64,000 nt of DNA from Octopus sinensis (Eukaryota). The translations under genes and the position numbers were made by a program. The DNA lies in assembly GCF_006345805.1 (NCBI RefSeq), contig NC_043009.1:40052001-40116000 (forward strand), in the 5' to 3' direction. The notes beneath the pieces are model-generated. The model did not search any database. It had not been told where the DNA came from and was given only the letters and a program-made list of their open reading frames with translations. Shown one piece after another: positions 11,160 to 23,809 of the stretch; the first letter of the stretch is position 1, and the number at the start of each line of letters is the position of its first letter.

Positions 11160-11890
11160 TTTCAGGGTATTTTTTAAAGTTTTCCCCAAATTTTAATCTT
11201 GAGTGTTCGTATATGCCATGACAATGTTGGCAAAAGTAGTCGCTACCCTTGTTCCCATCGCCGTGCCCGACTTTTGTCTATAAGTGTTTTCGTTGAAATT
11301 GAAGAAGTTGTTCTGTAGAATGAACCTTACTCCTTCAACGATGAATTCTTTTCCGATTCTGTCAGGAATGTCATTTGGGAATTTTTCCAGCCAGTATTGT
11401 ATGGCTATTATTCTGTACTCGTGAGGAATCGAGCTGTAGAGGTTTATTACATCGAATGAAACCAGGAGGGTCTCTTTGCTGGTTTTGTTCGGGAGATGGT
11501 TTAAAAAGTCCAGATCATCCCGTATAAAGCTCGGTATATGTTGGAGAATAGGTTTGAGGAGGACGTCAATAAAATTACTGAGTCTGTGTGTCTCACAAGA
11601 GGGACCGGCCACAATTGGTCTCATTTTGAGATCTCTCGGGTGTGGAATATTTATGACTATAGAGATTGACTTGTTACAGGCTTCGTTTATGGCCTCACTT
11701 TTGTGGATTTTGGGAAGTCCATAGAAGTTACTGGTTTTGCAGTCAAATCTAGTCAAGTAGTCTGTCTGCTTTTGTGTTAAACCTTGTTGGAATTGTTGGA
11801 TAAGAGTCGACGGTTTGGTCATTATCTTGGATTGACTGTAGTTGTTTGACCTTGCATTCAATGTTTAAGTGTGAGTGTTGTTTGCCCGTA
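11160..11890 (-). pseudogene. Penelope-like element reverse transcriptase fragment
   Basis: ORF 11193-11861: FYGLPKIHK, MRPIVAG, LVSFDVINLYSSIP, FILQNNFFNFNENTYRQKSGTAMGT. It frameshifts after MAY (continuing FGENFKKY) and ends before the YxDD motif. Confidence 0.92.
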
Positions 11891-12044
11891 CACGTGTAAA
11901 ATATTAGTGCTTATGTACAAATTCAATTACTATAAACCGGTGCATTTAATTGCATTAGCAGTTTGAATGCACCGCTTTATTTAAATCATTATAAAGGATT
12001 AATTCAATGGCTAAATGAATGCAAATGTATCTTCACATGAATTT

Positions 12045-12870
12045 GTTTTTCTTTTTCACTTGTTTCAAACATTAGACTGTTGCCATGGTGAAGCATTGCT
12101 ACGAAGAATATAGTCCAATAAATCGATCTCAGTACTTTCTTTATTAAAAGTCTGGTACTTATTCTATCAATTTCTTACTCTATCAATTTCTTTCACAGAA
12201 CTGCTAAGTTACGGGGACTTAGAACTTTGAAGGCGGCGAGCTGGTAGTTACGTTAGCACTCCGGGCGAAATGCTTAGCGGTATTCCGCAGAGGTCGACTT
12301 TGCCTTTCATCTTTATGGGGTCGATAAATTAAGTACCAGTTACGCACTAGGGTCGATGAAATCAACTTAATCCGTTTGTCTGTCCTTGTTTGTCCTTTCT
12401 GTGTCTAGTCCCTTGTGGGTAGTAAAGAAATAGGTATTTCGTCTGCCGTTAGATTCTGAGTTGAAATTTCGCCGAGGTCGACTTTGCCTTACATCCTTTC
12501 GGATTCGATAAATTAAGTACCAGTTACGCAGTGGGGTCGATGAAATCGACTTAATCCGTTTGTCTATCTTTGTTTGTCCCCTCTACGTTTAGCCTCTTGT
12601 GGCAATAAAGAAATTAGTTAAGAGGGCGTAAACAAACGTATACCAAATGGTGAGGTTGACAAACACAACAGAAATACATTCTAACACAACAAACGACACA
12701 CGTACACACACAAACATACACAAGTACACTCACACACACATACACATACATGTATATACGACAAGGAGGTTAGCTCGAGACTAGAGCAGAAGGCAATTGC
12801 CGATGGCGACGCGCAGTGGGACTGAAACCGAAACTTCGTGATTGCAAACTGAGCTTTTAAACCGCACTGC
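12045..12870 (-). mobile_element. SINE family B copy interrupted by a family A dimer
   Basis: Tail part at 12045-12222 (..gaactgctaagttacggggact). The body resumes at 12618-12870 (microsatellite, then gcagtgggactgaaacc). Confidence 0.7.
12229..12615 (+). mobile_element. SINE family A dimer
   Basis: Head gaaggcggcgagctgg at 12229. The second unit restarts at 12433 through the junction gtagtaaagaaata|ggtatttcgtctgccg. Confidence 0.88.
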
Positions 12871-14399
12871 CTTTGTATATTATTATTTACGAGCAAAACG
12901 CCCCCCCTCCCCACCGTCCAATGGACGGTGCTGAGTTGTCAAACATTTAAACAAAATTTTCTCAAAACTATTTGTCCGACCGTGCCATAGGACTCCCCTT
13001 TGAGAAACACAGATTTTACCTAAATTTGAGACACCAGCAAAAGAAGAAATTAAGATATCGATCGCAACAGCTGAGGTACTTGCGCGTACAAATGCACGTT
13101 TCCACGGCTTTATCGATCACATTCTCACCTTGAATTTTTGTAATTTTTGTAATGTTTTCAAGACTTATACACGCCCTGATAACGTCGGTATCTACATATC
13201 AAATTTGAGCGCAATGGGATGGAGGATGCCCTACATCCTAGAAGATATACACACACAGACAGAACGGATTTTATATGATAGATTCGCTTACGCTTACTAC
13301 CTTCACGAAATACCACTTATAAAAATATAACCATTGAGGAGATCTGGTAAGTGCTGTCTTATTGACATCCTTATAAAAAAATTGGTTAGGTTTTCCGCTT
13401 AGTGAACTTGGTTTCTTGGTCATTTCAAATATCAACATTAACAGAATTGTATTATTGACCAACGAGAAATCAAAGTTTTCATTGACGTAGTATAGAATTG
13501 AGACATATATTTATAAATTAAACACTCAACAAGCGAGTCAGTATTCCGTCACACAGTGTTAGAAATCTGTAACTTCAAAACGGAAGAGATTAGGAAAGAT
13601 CCTTCAAGTTTTAAAGATAGATCGAGAGAAAAGAACAATCTGTGAGAGTAAGTTTATGTTTGAATTCATCATAAATTGGACAACTTCAATGTATCTTGTC
13701 ATGGATGTCTACAGAACTAAGAAGAATATATCCCTAGATGTATGAACAATATTCTATAAAAGCTTGACCTGTAACCACAAGAGATCGATACAAAATGACT
13801 AATATAGGAATGATTTATCGCAGAAAATATTTCATAAGCTGTGCGCGACATAGCACGGAAAGAAGTAATAAATATCATATTATACTTCCAGTTCCCTACC
13901 ATATAGATGAATATATGAAATGTATCTTATCTAGATATTCTTATTCCATAACTAATGCAGTAGATAGCTGTTACAAATATTGTTAATTCTAAGCTGTTCC
14001 ACGTGTTCATAGTTTTGTAATAAATATGATTATAAAAAAGAAATATATTCTCTCCGAGGTTGTCAGATATTTAGCACAAAGTAAGAGTAATAGTATTAGT
14101 TGTTATTTGTTCTTTTTAAGAGGCGATCACGGTTTCAAATATTGTTTAGAATAATCATAGTTTTACTACAGTGACTGCGCCGTAAAACCGAAGGGGAAAT
14201 ATTTCTTTCTTGAACCGATAGCTTTGTTAAGTATGTTAACTACAACACTATACAACGCTAAGAAGACCACCGACAATACAATGGTTATAATAGGAAATCC
14301 AGGCATACGTCACACACACACACACATACACACACACACACACACGCACACGCACACACACACACTCACACACACACGCACACACACACACTCACACAC

Positions 14400-14434
<35 letters not shown>

Positions 14435-14438
<4 letters not shown>

Positions 14439-14585
14439 ACGAGTTTCTTTCAGTTTCCATATACCAAATTCACTCACTCTCCACTGGTCGACTCGAGGCT
14501 AAAATAGACAATACTTGCACAAGATGCCACGCAATGGGACTGACCCGGCAGCCATGTGGTTGGGAAGCAAGTTTCTACACCAGAA
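14435..14585 (-). mobile_element. SINE family B 5' fragment next to (CA)n
   Basis: acgagtttctttcagtttcc..gccacgcaatgggactgaccc..gcaagtttctacac. Confidence 0.75.
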
Positions 14586-15280
14586 TCAGCTTTCTCAACC
14601 AGTGGGATGCAAACATTTCGGAGTGGTTGTCTCCTCTTCAGTCACAGAAACCGGACAGGGTGCGCTGCGAGGTTATAACAGAGATTGTCTCTCTTATGAT
14701 ATTTCCATCATCGAACAATACCTGGTATCGCTAATCGGCGGCTCACCGTAAACAACTTATGGGGTGGTAACACTAAGTAGTGTGAAAAAATACAAGGTTA
14801 TAACCAGTTCAGATATGCTTATTTATAAAGGCGTGATGCCAAGTGATAAGGATAATGACTTGTGATCATAACTTTTGGTTTTGATTCCTGAAACAAGTGA
14901 TTCGTATTCTTATTTTAAGTATTTCGTTTCAAGCTTTCACCTGTCTACTCAGCTGAAGGTAGGTATCATCTGAGCTCTCCATCCCTCCTCCAGCTATTAC
15001 ACCCTTAACGTTCAACTAAACGAAAGCGTCGTACTTGCCGCCAAATCATACCCATTTGCGAATATCATCTACGTTTCTTCGTTTTTTATCAATCAGCATA
15101 TATATGTATGTGCATGTGCGTATACCTATCTAACTGCATATATATACATACATACATATATACATACATACATACATATATACATATATATGTATATATA
15201 TATATGTGTGTGTGTATATATATATATATATAATATATATATATATATATTATATAATATTATATATATATATATATGCT

Positions 15281-15611
15281 GAGACCCCCTTCGGTCATGA
15301 CTTACCATAGGATTGCACCTAGAAAGTACCCTCCTAGGAACAAGTCCTGGCAAGGTTATTTATAGAAGACCAGCAGTCGCCCATGATTACCGGCCTCCCC
15401 TCTAGATGCCACCAGTGTTATCCAAGGGAAAGGCAAAGGCCGATACAGCTTGGCACCTGTGACGTCGCAACTCATTTCTACAGCTGAGTGAACTGGAGCA
15501 ACGTGAAATAGAGTGTCTTGCTCAAGAACACAACACGCAGCCCGGTCTAGCATTCGAGCTCACAACCTCACGTTCGTAAGCTCGATCTCTAATCACTGAG
15601 CCATGCGCCTT

Positions 15612-15613
<2 letters not shown>
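15281..15613 (-). mobile_element. tRNA-derived SINE family C, full length
   Basis: Reverse complement of the copy at 59694-60020 (ggcgcatggctcagtg..gtcatgaccgaagggggtctc). Confidence 0.9.
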
Positions 15614-15670
<57 letters not shown>

Positions 15671-15678
15671 CATATATA

Positions 15679-15750
<72 letters not shown>

Positions 15751-15752
15751 GC

Positions 15753-15806
<54 letters not shown>

Positions 15807-16011
15807 ATATATACATATATATATGTATGTATGTATGTATTTATTTGCATATATATATATATATATCCCCATATGCATCTATCTCTCAAAGCATATATAT
15901 ATATGCACGTATGCGTATGTAAGTATGTATATATAAATGTATATGATGTACATACATATGTCATATACATATTTATGCATACTCATACACACATTTGCAC
16001 ACACACTCACA

Positions 16012-16048
<37 letters not shown>

Positions 16049-16095
16049 ACACACACACACTCACTCACACATACACACACACACACACGTACATG
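15614..16095. repeat. Compound (CA)n(TA)n(TG)n microsatellite region
   Basis: Direct reading. It is the source of the YIYI/HTHT ORFs. Confidence 0.95.
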
Positions 16096-16514
16096 TCTGT
16101 ATGCGCAGTGGTGCTACATATAGAGTCTTCTTTTACTTCAGATAGGTAAGATATACAATTACTACCTCGGAAACATAAATAAATAAAGAAGAAGCAAAAA
16201 TATGTAAACGTCGGCCAACCTTTCAGGAGAACAGATAACTACATATTCAAAAGTATTGCTCATATATCAGAGACTGCCTACATAATACATATAGATTCTA
16301 TAACAGATCCAAAGAAAATGAAAAGCGACCAACCTATAGATAAGTGTTCGCACATTACCATTTTACAAATAGTGTTATGTTGTTTCTTTGTGTTTCTCTG
16401 TTTCAACTACAACTGTCTTTACACTACTCCCCAGATAAAACCTTTTGACTTTTCTCATTATCTCATTCCTACTATTGTTCAGCATTCTAAACTAAAAGTT
16501 ATCACTACATAGTC

Positions 16515-16683
16515 CCCTCTTCCTCTCTCTGTCTGTCTGCCTCTCTCTCTCTTTCTCTCTCTCTCTCTCACATACATACATACACGCTTTCTTTCGCTCT
16601 CTCTCTCTCCCTCACACACACCACACACACACATGCTCTCTCTCTCTCTCTTATACACACTCCCCCTCTCTTTTTCTTTTTTG

Positions 16684-16717
<34 letters not shown>

Positions 16718-16945
16718 TGCCTCTCTCTCTTACACACACTGCTCTCTCTTACACACACTGCTCTCTCTTTTTCTTTTTTTGCTCTCTATCTCTCTCTCAC
16801 ACACACACACTTTCTCTTTCTCACACATACGCACACAAACTCACACACACACACACACACACACACGCACAGACACATACACTCATTCTCTTTCTCTATC
16901 ACTCTATCACTCTCTCTCTCTCTCCCCTCGCTCTCTCTCCCTCTC
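16515..16945. repeat. (CT)n/(CA)n low-complexity tract
   Basis: Direct reading. Confidence 0.9.
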
Positions 16946-17209
16946 TGGATTTATCTTTCTCGCTACGGTACTCGCTTCAATGGTTTCGGTGATTTATATC
17001 GATTTCTGTACGTTAGTTTCCCTGGTTCTTACTCTATCGATAGCTTTTAGTCAAATAATAAAGTCTTATTGGGCGTAAGGAGATGTAACTCGGATGGAAC
17101 AAATATCACAAGATATTTTTTGTTAGACACACCGAAATACTACCAGTAGAAAACCAACTCACACACACATGCACATACACTCATATATGTACAGTATATG
17201 TGTGTGTGT

Positions 17210-17336
17210 GGACGCATGACCAAGTGGTTAGGGTGTTACACTCACGATCACAAGATAGTGGTTTCAATTCCTTGACTGGGTGGTGCATTGTGTTCTTGGG
17301 CAAACCACTTAATCTCACATTGCTCTGCGACGATCA
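17210..17336 (+). mobile_element. tRNA-derived SINE head fragment
   Basis: ccaagtggttagggtg..ggtttcaattcc..tgtgttcttgggcaaaccact. Confidence 0.7.
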
Positions 17337-17384
17337 TATATATATATGTATTACAGTTATGTTGAAACAGGTGAAACAGGTAAG

Positions 17385-17881
17385 TGCAGCATTGACGACA
17401 AAACATTTGTGGAGTAAATTTTTAAAGCTTTGCATAAACGATAATTTAAGTCTAACATACCAATTTAGACAGAATTATCATTTTTTAAGAATGGCATGGA
17501 TCGTATCTGAAAGGAATTCCAGGTGTTGGTAAGAATGAATTTGTATGTGGTCTGTTTCTGAGAGTTATTCTATTGGACCTCTGTGTAATCCGGCGTGATG
17601 AATGTTGTTTTTATGATTTAGCATTAAGTGCTGCAGCGTGTCTTCGCTGATCTTGAGAAAGTCTCCACTCCATTCTCTCTTGAGACAGCATTAGACGTGC
17701 TGCAGCGTGCGTTTGGTGATCTTTGAAAAGTGTCATGTCTCTTCTGACGTGCTGCAGCACGTATTTGCTGATCTTGAGAAAGTCTCATGTCCCTTAACTC
17801 TTGAGACTCTAACCATCGATTTTCTACACTCCTTGCTTTAAAAATGATTCTGGAGAGATTATGTTTTTTCTTTTGTAGCAT
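17385..17881 (-). pseudogene. Helitron Rep/helicase N-terminal fragment
   Basis: MLQKKKHNLSR.., then repeats ESQELRDMRLSQDQQIRAAAR / RLSQDQRRHAAA, then PFRYDP and SV*IGM..LCKALK..MFC. This matches the usual Helitron N-terminal order (charged repeats, F.YDP, IG.M..C..C..CC). Frameshifted. Confidence 0.65.
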
Positions 17882-18239
17882 ATTTCTTTTAATATTTTAA
17901 ACAAAAAATTATGGTCATAGAAAGAAATATACAATAAATATCTGTTTTTGTAAGTAGCTGCGTGTATGCAGATTGTCTATATTTTTGTATGCAATGTAAA
18001 TTAACCAAATATAAGCAAATTGTAAATACCTTGCAGCCTTGCAACTGCTGTGATAATCATGAACTGCTAATTGAACGGTAGATGTGTAATTTTATATACC
18101 CTGGACCTCCCACGTAATTGTATTTTGACAAGAGTTTCACCTCCAGCCATTCTTGTCACATGTATACATATATATATAAATGTGTGTGTGTGTGTGTATG
18201 CGTGTGTGTGTGTGTGTGCGTGTGTGTGCGTGTATACGT

Positions 18240-19190
18240 GTGTGTGTTGATGTATGTGTGTGTTTAATAACGTAGGGAGCGGGTGCGCAAACACACAGAC
18301 ACACAGACACATAAACGCTCATATACAAAATGTGACGATACACACACATACACTCTCGCATACAGTCACATATATATAGTAAGAGAGACACATACAGACA
18401 TGCATTCACAGATGTCGGTCCTCAGATATGTATATGTATGTGTAGATGTGTGTGTGTTTAATAACGTGCATAACACGGAAACACACATACAGCTCTCATA
18501 CATCCATACACATACACTAACAGGCACAAACAGACTCATATATGTGATATAACCGTCGTCGTGGTACGAAATGTCCTTTACTATCTCGTACGTATTGAAA
18601 ACACAAACACACACTCACAGACACATACACACTCATATAAAATGTCTTGTACTATTGTTGACCATAGAAAGATTATGTATATGAAATGTATTGTTTTAAT
18701 CGAAATGAAAAAAGGACAAGTTGACAGTCGTTGGGTGTAATACTATATTGTAGGAGAGATACACACACGCATACATTCACGCATGTCAGTCATCACCTGT
18801 ATATATATGTGTGTGTGTCTATGTTGAATAACGTACCTAACGCGGAAACAAACACACACACTCAGACACATACACACTCATACACTCACACACACATAGA
18901 TGCATATACAAAATGTGACGTTGTCGTCGAACGCGGAAACACACACTGCCAGACAGACGCACACTCATATGCTCACACACTTGCAGACACATGCACACTA
19001 ATGCACACTAATATATACACTGACAGACAGACACATACACACTCATGTACAAAACGTGACATTGTCGTCGTCAACGTGCTATAAAATGTCTTGTACTATA
19101 TTTCACTATAGAAAGTTTATTTCTATAAAATATTATTTTGCTATATGTAAAGGAAAAAAATTACATGTTGACAGTTGTGGGGTGTTTACC
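18240..19190. repeat. Degenerate ~450-bp tandem duplication built from (CA)-rich subunits
   Basis: Recurrent gtttaataacgt..cggaaacacac..tatacaaaatgtgacg. Both units end aaatgtcttgtacta..atagaaag..gttgacagt..gggtgt (~18640-18740, ~19085-19190). Confidence 0.75.
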
Positions 19191-19277
19191 TAGTAAAATT
19201 TGATTTGATTTGATGGAGCCGTTTGAGAGTGCATTAGGAACAGACAGACAGAGAGAGACATGGAATTAATATATATA

Positions 19278-19342
<65 letters not shown>

Positions 19343-19469
19343 TTAAGCACATGTATTAAATGTAAATTTAAGGGTTAATATATAACTGTAAATACCCTGC
19401 AACCTTGCAACTGCTCCGATAATTATTCACTGGTAATTGAAATGTAAATGTGTAAACTAAAATGATCTT

Positions 19470-19585
19470 AGTCTTATCACATTAAAATTCAAAGTGAAAG
19501 AATTAAAGTGAAACAGTATTATAGTTCTATCACATTAGAATGAAAAGTGAATGAATAAAAGTGAAACAGTATTATATCACATTAC
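19470..19585. repeat. ~52-bp minisatellite, about 2.3 copies
   Basis: tatcacatta..aaagtgaa..aaagtgaaacagtattata is repeated. Confidence 0.8.
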
Positions 19586-19771
19586 AATATAGATGTTATT
19601 CTTTCACTTTTGACGCGTAATTTCGAGCACATACGATACTTTTTTGTACAATTCCCTGACACAATATTTCATTCTGAAGAAAACAGTCAACTCGAGACTA
19701 GAGTAGAAAATTTCCGCTCTGTAACATACAACTATATACAAGGGACTACCTCATAACTACACATGTTATAC

Positions 19772-19812
<41 letters not shown>

Positions 19813-20169
19813 CAACAAAGATATCCAGAGGTAATGCAGTACGATCATTTCATGCGACTCCATTTAATTGAACAATGCAATCATTTCATTACATCAATTT
19901 AAAATGTATAGCAATCTTCAGTTGCACAAAGACATATAATTTAATTAAATTAGAACAGTTATATTAGATCGAGTGTAGAAATCACACTGCATATTGAACT
20001 CACCAATCTGGAATATGTATGCTCTGTATTTCTCAGTGTGCTCGCACGCACGTGCGTGTTTATGTGTGTGTGAGCGCGAAGGTGTCTGACTGTAAAAGTG
20101 TAAAATGCAAGATGTGAAACGTATAAGTCTATTAGCTAACCAACTACAAAAAATCTCGATATTTTTGCT

Positions 20170-20480
20170 TTCATCGTGTCATTAAAATTTGCTTGAAGAA
20201 ATTAGGTAATATGTCTTCATTTGTCGCGAAGTTCTGACCTGTTGTTTTAATAACTTTTAGGCGTCGTAAATTTATATGTAACACAAAAGTCTTATTCGTG
20301 ATACAGTGGCTGCACATCTTGGAGCTGTTGGTGTATGCTTTTGTTTTGGTTTCCTTGTCTTTCAATTTCCATATATTATAGTTTGAAAGGTCCATGACGT
20401 TTCTCTTTTCTTCGTCTTGGAAAGATGAAGTATTATTGTAATATTAGATTTTCAATTTTCTCCTCAAGATTAATAGTCTT
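20170..20480 (-). pseudogene. Penelope-like element GIY-YIG endonuclease C-terminal remnant
   Basis: ..TSSFQDEEKRNVMDLSNYNIWKLKDK..KAYTNSSKMCSHCITNKTFVL resembles the PLE pattern H.SSF..EK..N.T.LS.YIW.LKD..KPY..SK.C.LC..EK. Confidence 0.65.
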
Positions 20481-21924
20481 TGAATAACGAAACTACACAA
20501 TTTATCATACACGTTGAAGAACGTTCCAATACTAACAATCTATCATTACATGAAGTTGTCAAACGAAGGAAGTGGATTATTATTTCTACGATACCAACGG
20601 AAAGGAGTTACCAACCCTGACTAGTTTAGATACAAGAACATGCAATTAGTTACCACGCACTAATGATCATGAAAAAAGTCCCTCTGATTTTGAAGTATTA
20701 GAAACGACTATTAAAGTACAGATTTCTAAGTACCATAGTATTGTCCAATATAAACTAAATCCTAGCATTATAAACGTTAAAAAATCTACACTTTCTCATA
20801 AATTAAAAAATAACGTGTGAGTTAGACAAGGATATTTATGCCAAGGAGCTATATAATTCTTCCTAAATTTTTCACAAAGCCAACGACTGCATCCACCTAA
20901 TTTCCTAACGAGACTTATTTCATTCGCTCCGAAATGATGAAACGCACACTTGACCGTAGCGGAATTTGAACTCAGAATTTTCACTAAGTATTTTGACCAA
21001 CATGCTAACAATTTTCGCAGCTCACCGCTATAAACTCCTATATAATAATACCAAACAATATCACACAAAACTATTGGAAAGTCAATAATGATGGCAAAAG
21101 GAAGCCAAAGATATTAAAACGAAATTAAAACTAGACGTACGTATATAGTGTTTAGCCAAGTGAGAAGCTTGTGCCACGTGAAAAGATTACAAAGTGAACT
21201 CCAGTTTCAGTCCAAAAGGTAGATTAACCAACGAAGCCAAGAATGAAATCAGATTAGTAAATGCATTTTCCATATTATATTGTCAAAATCCGGAAAGCTC
21301 CAAATTTCGTGAATCAATGGATTATAGCACCAGCATAGTTCAAGAGTATTGGCAACGAAAGTAATTGTAGGCTTACTAATTCAATATTTTGAGCGTTAAC
21401 TTCCAATTCTAAAATCATTGCTGTTCAGCGCTTTAGCGTCTACCATGAAGTACTGTACTTTCAAAGATAACAGAAACGAGGATGTGTGCATGAATAAGTT
21501 TGGCGTTTGTATTTGAAACAAATGATTGCTCTGTCATACGAAAAATCAATATTTTAAATATTAAAAAATGCAAAGGGCTCAGAGTGTTGTACATTGAGAT
21601 GATGGGTTAGAACTATTGCATCATTTCAGCTGTAAAAATTAGATACATGCAAGAACGATTTGACTGCTGCACATTGGACGGCTTTAGAACTAAAACACAC
21701 ACGATTATGAAGAATGCAAATTCTTTAGATGTAACTTCGAATTTAGAGATAATTAGATTGCAAAGAGAACGTAAGACTTTCCCTAACTGGTGTTCAGGCT
21801 AAATTTGACGTATTGCATCAAAGGAAAAGAAACCACGATATCCTTACAAAAAATAAAAGATGTTTTTTAAAAAGACAAATAGAAATCAAGCAAATTATGG
21901 CTGGGAAATAACAGTCTACTCACA

Positions 21925-22880
21925 GTTTACTTTTACCAGGGCCTCAAGCCGGGTCTGAAACCTGACGCATGCGTTCTTCACAACATCTCAGGGAAGATCA
22001 TCCAATACCTCATTCATCTTGGCCATCATCATGACCTTAGACTTGCAGGCAGGTCGGTTTGTGTGTTTCTTAACTGCACTTCATATAGTAACCCATGGGA
22101 TAATTAGGAAGCCGGAAATTTGAGCTGGTAAAGTCGTAGAAGTTCTCTGATAATCACTTCTTAGTATTTCTAGAGATATGGCAAGGAGCCGTATCATCCT
22201 GCCACACATGTGGCCTTCCAGCAGCATTCCTCCCCAAACAGATTTTGAACTCGGTCTCCAGTAGCTTCACATAGCCGCTTGAATTGAGCTTCATGTCCAC
22301 CTCACTGAAGTCACACTCAAAGACTATCACAGTTTGGGGTAACTTGGTTTTCATGACATGGACTGTACGCAAGTCACCTGTTTTTCAGGGAGTTGTACAT
22401 CTATTCCAGGCGGAAATTCTTTCATCTGAGAAGGACCAGATCATCCCAGCTCAAGAAGATGCATTGACCAGTTCAAGAGCTTTGTCCTGCATGCAAGAAT
22501 GTTTCCTTGCGCTTCTTGTACGTGTAGTGGCGAAGGCCTTCAATTTGAACCAGCATCATGATGAAAATTCCAAGACCATCTTGCCAAACTCTAGATTTTC
22601 TTACTCTGCTCGAATCTTCCATCATCATGTCCTAAACTTGCTGGATGACAACCGGCGTGTGGACACAGTCAGAACTCGTGCTGTGCTCCTTCTTGCTGGC
22701 CACGGCATCGTAGTCTTCATTGCAGCCGCCCATGTCACATCTAACAGTTTTTACAGTGTAAACAGAGCAGTGAGTATCAGTCATGATGTCTGCATTTTAA
22801 TACCCAGTGCGAATAATCATGCTACGTGTAACTCTATTCTAATATTCAGATGGCTTCCAACGTTAATCTTTATGATCTCT
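21925..22880 (-). pseudogene. maT/DD37D-like mariner transposase remnant
   Basis: WKPSE.., DYDAVASKKEHS..SD..TP, IWSFSDEKNF (first D), VMKTKLPQTVIVF, GRPHVWQDDTAPCHISR (second D), LSENFYDF, ACVRFQTRLEA. It has several stops and a deletion in the PPNSPD region, so the D-D spacing is inferred from family similarity and not counted. Confidence 0.85.
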
Positions 22881-23048
22881 AACACCGTTGACTGTTCACC
22901 AAGGCATTAATATATTCCTGAACAAAGGAGACATAGATATCATCATATTTAATCCGAACAGCCTCGAATGCAAAATTTAATTTGACCTACAGACAAGCAT
23001 GGAAAATTTCCATATCGACAAACTGAACACACACTCACGCACGCCCTT

Positions 23049-23103
<55 letters not shown>

Positions 23104-23104
23104 G

Positions 23105-23142
<38 letters not shown>

Positions 23143-23149
23143 AGTCTAT

Positions 23150-23700
23150 GGTACCACTATTGCTAGAAATAAGCGTCAAAACGACTCATTAGCCACAGAA
23201 ACACTATATAAATGAATTGACAAGGCAGACAACGCTCCCTACGGTCGCAGAAATAGCCATATCACGTGATTTCGAATTTGATGAAGAGTATCTTGTCGTC
23301 AGTGGCTCTTATTGCTCGTAGGGTTAAGCTCAACTCGCCTTGTCAATGCTGTACCACTTTGTACCCTCTTTGTATTTAGTGACGTCTATAAATTTGCCTT
23401 TAGGTTTTTAAATTGCTAATATGGTACCCACATTATTCATAATTTACACTTCTACTGTATTTGAAATCAGCACATATTTTCAATGATTTTTCTTGTGAGT
23501 TGACGATGCGAGTTGAGATTAACCCTAGGTGCAGTAAGAGCCACTGACGAGAATTAAGATGTGCTTCATCAAAATTCGAAATCCCGTGATATGGCTATAT
23601 CTGCGACCGTAGGGAGCTTTGTCGCCCTAGTCAATTTACTAAAATAGTGTTTTTGTGGCTAATGAGTTGTTTTGACTCTTATTTCTAGCAATGCTAATAC
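23150..23700. mobile_element. Foldback/MITE-like element with ~200-bp imperfect inverted arms
   Basis: 23150-23347 is the reverse complement of ~23500-23700 (ctagaaataag..ctccctacggtcgcag..gtcagtggctctta..ctcaactcgc). Confidence 0.85.
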
Positions 23701-23707
23701 CACTTCA

Positions 23708-23765
23708 TACCCTCTGTCATTTTAGTGACTCTATACTTATACACATACGCACACACACACAAACT

Positions 23766-23809
<44 letters not shown>

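Noticed and set aside
15126-16149. Many ORFs rich in YI, HT, VC or CV dipeptides (here and at 26887-27314, 28810-29985, 34949-35296, 49643-50849, 61951-62377)
   Set aside because: They are translations of (TA)n, (CA)n and (TG)n microsatellites, which lack stops in these frames.
16125-16151. ttcttttacttcag-ATAG-gtaaga as a 4-nt microexon or recursive site
   Set aside because: The pyrimidine tract is short, competing AGs are present, and there is no other support.
17370-17390. aaacag|gtaagt motif
   Set aside because: There is no polypyrimidine tract upstream, and it lies at the edge of the antisense Helitron remnant.
22284-22910. 208-aa + strand ORF
   Set aside because: It is the antisense shadow of the minus-strand mariner transposase remnant and has no recognisable motifs.
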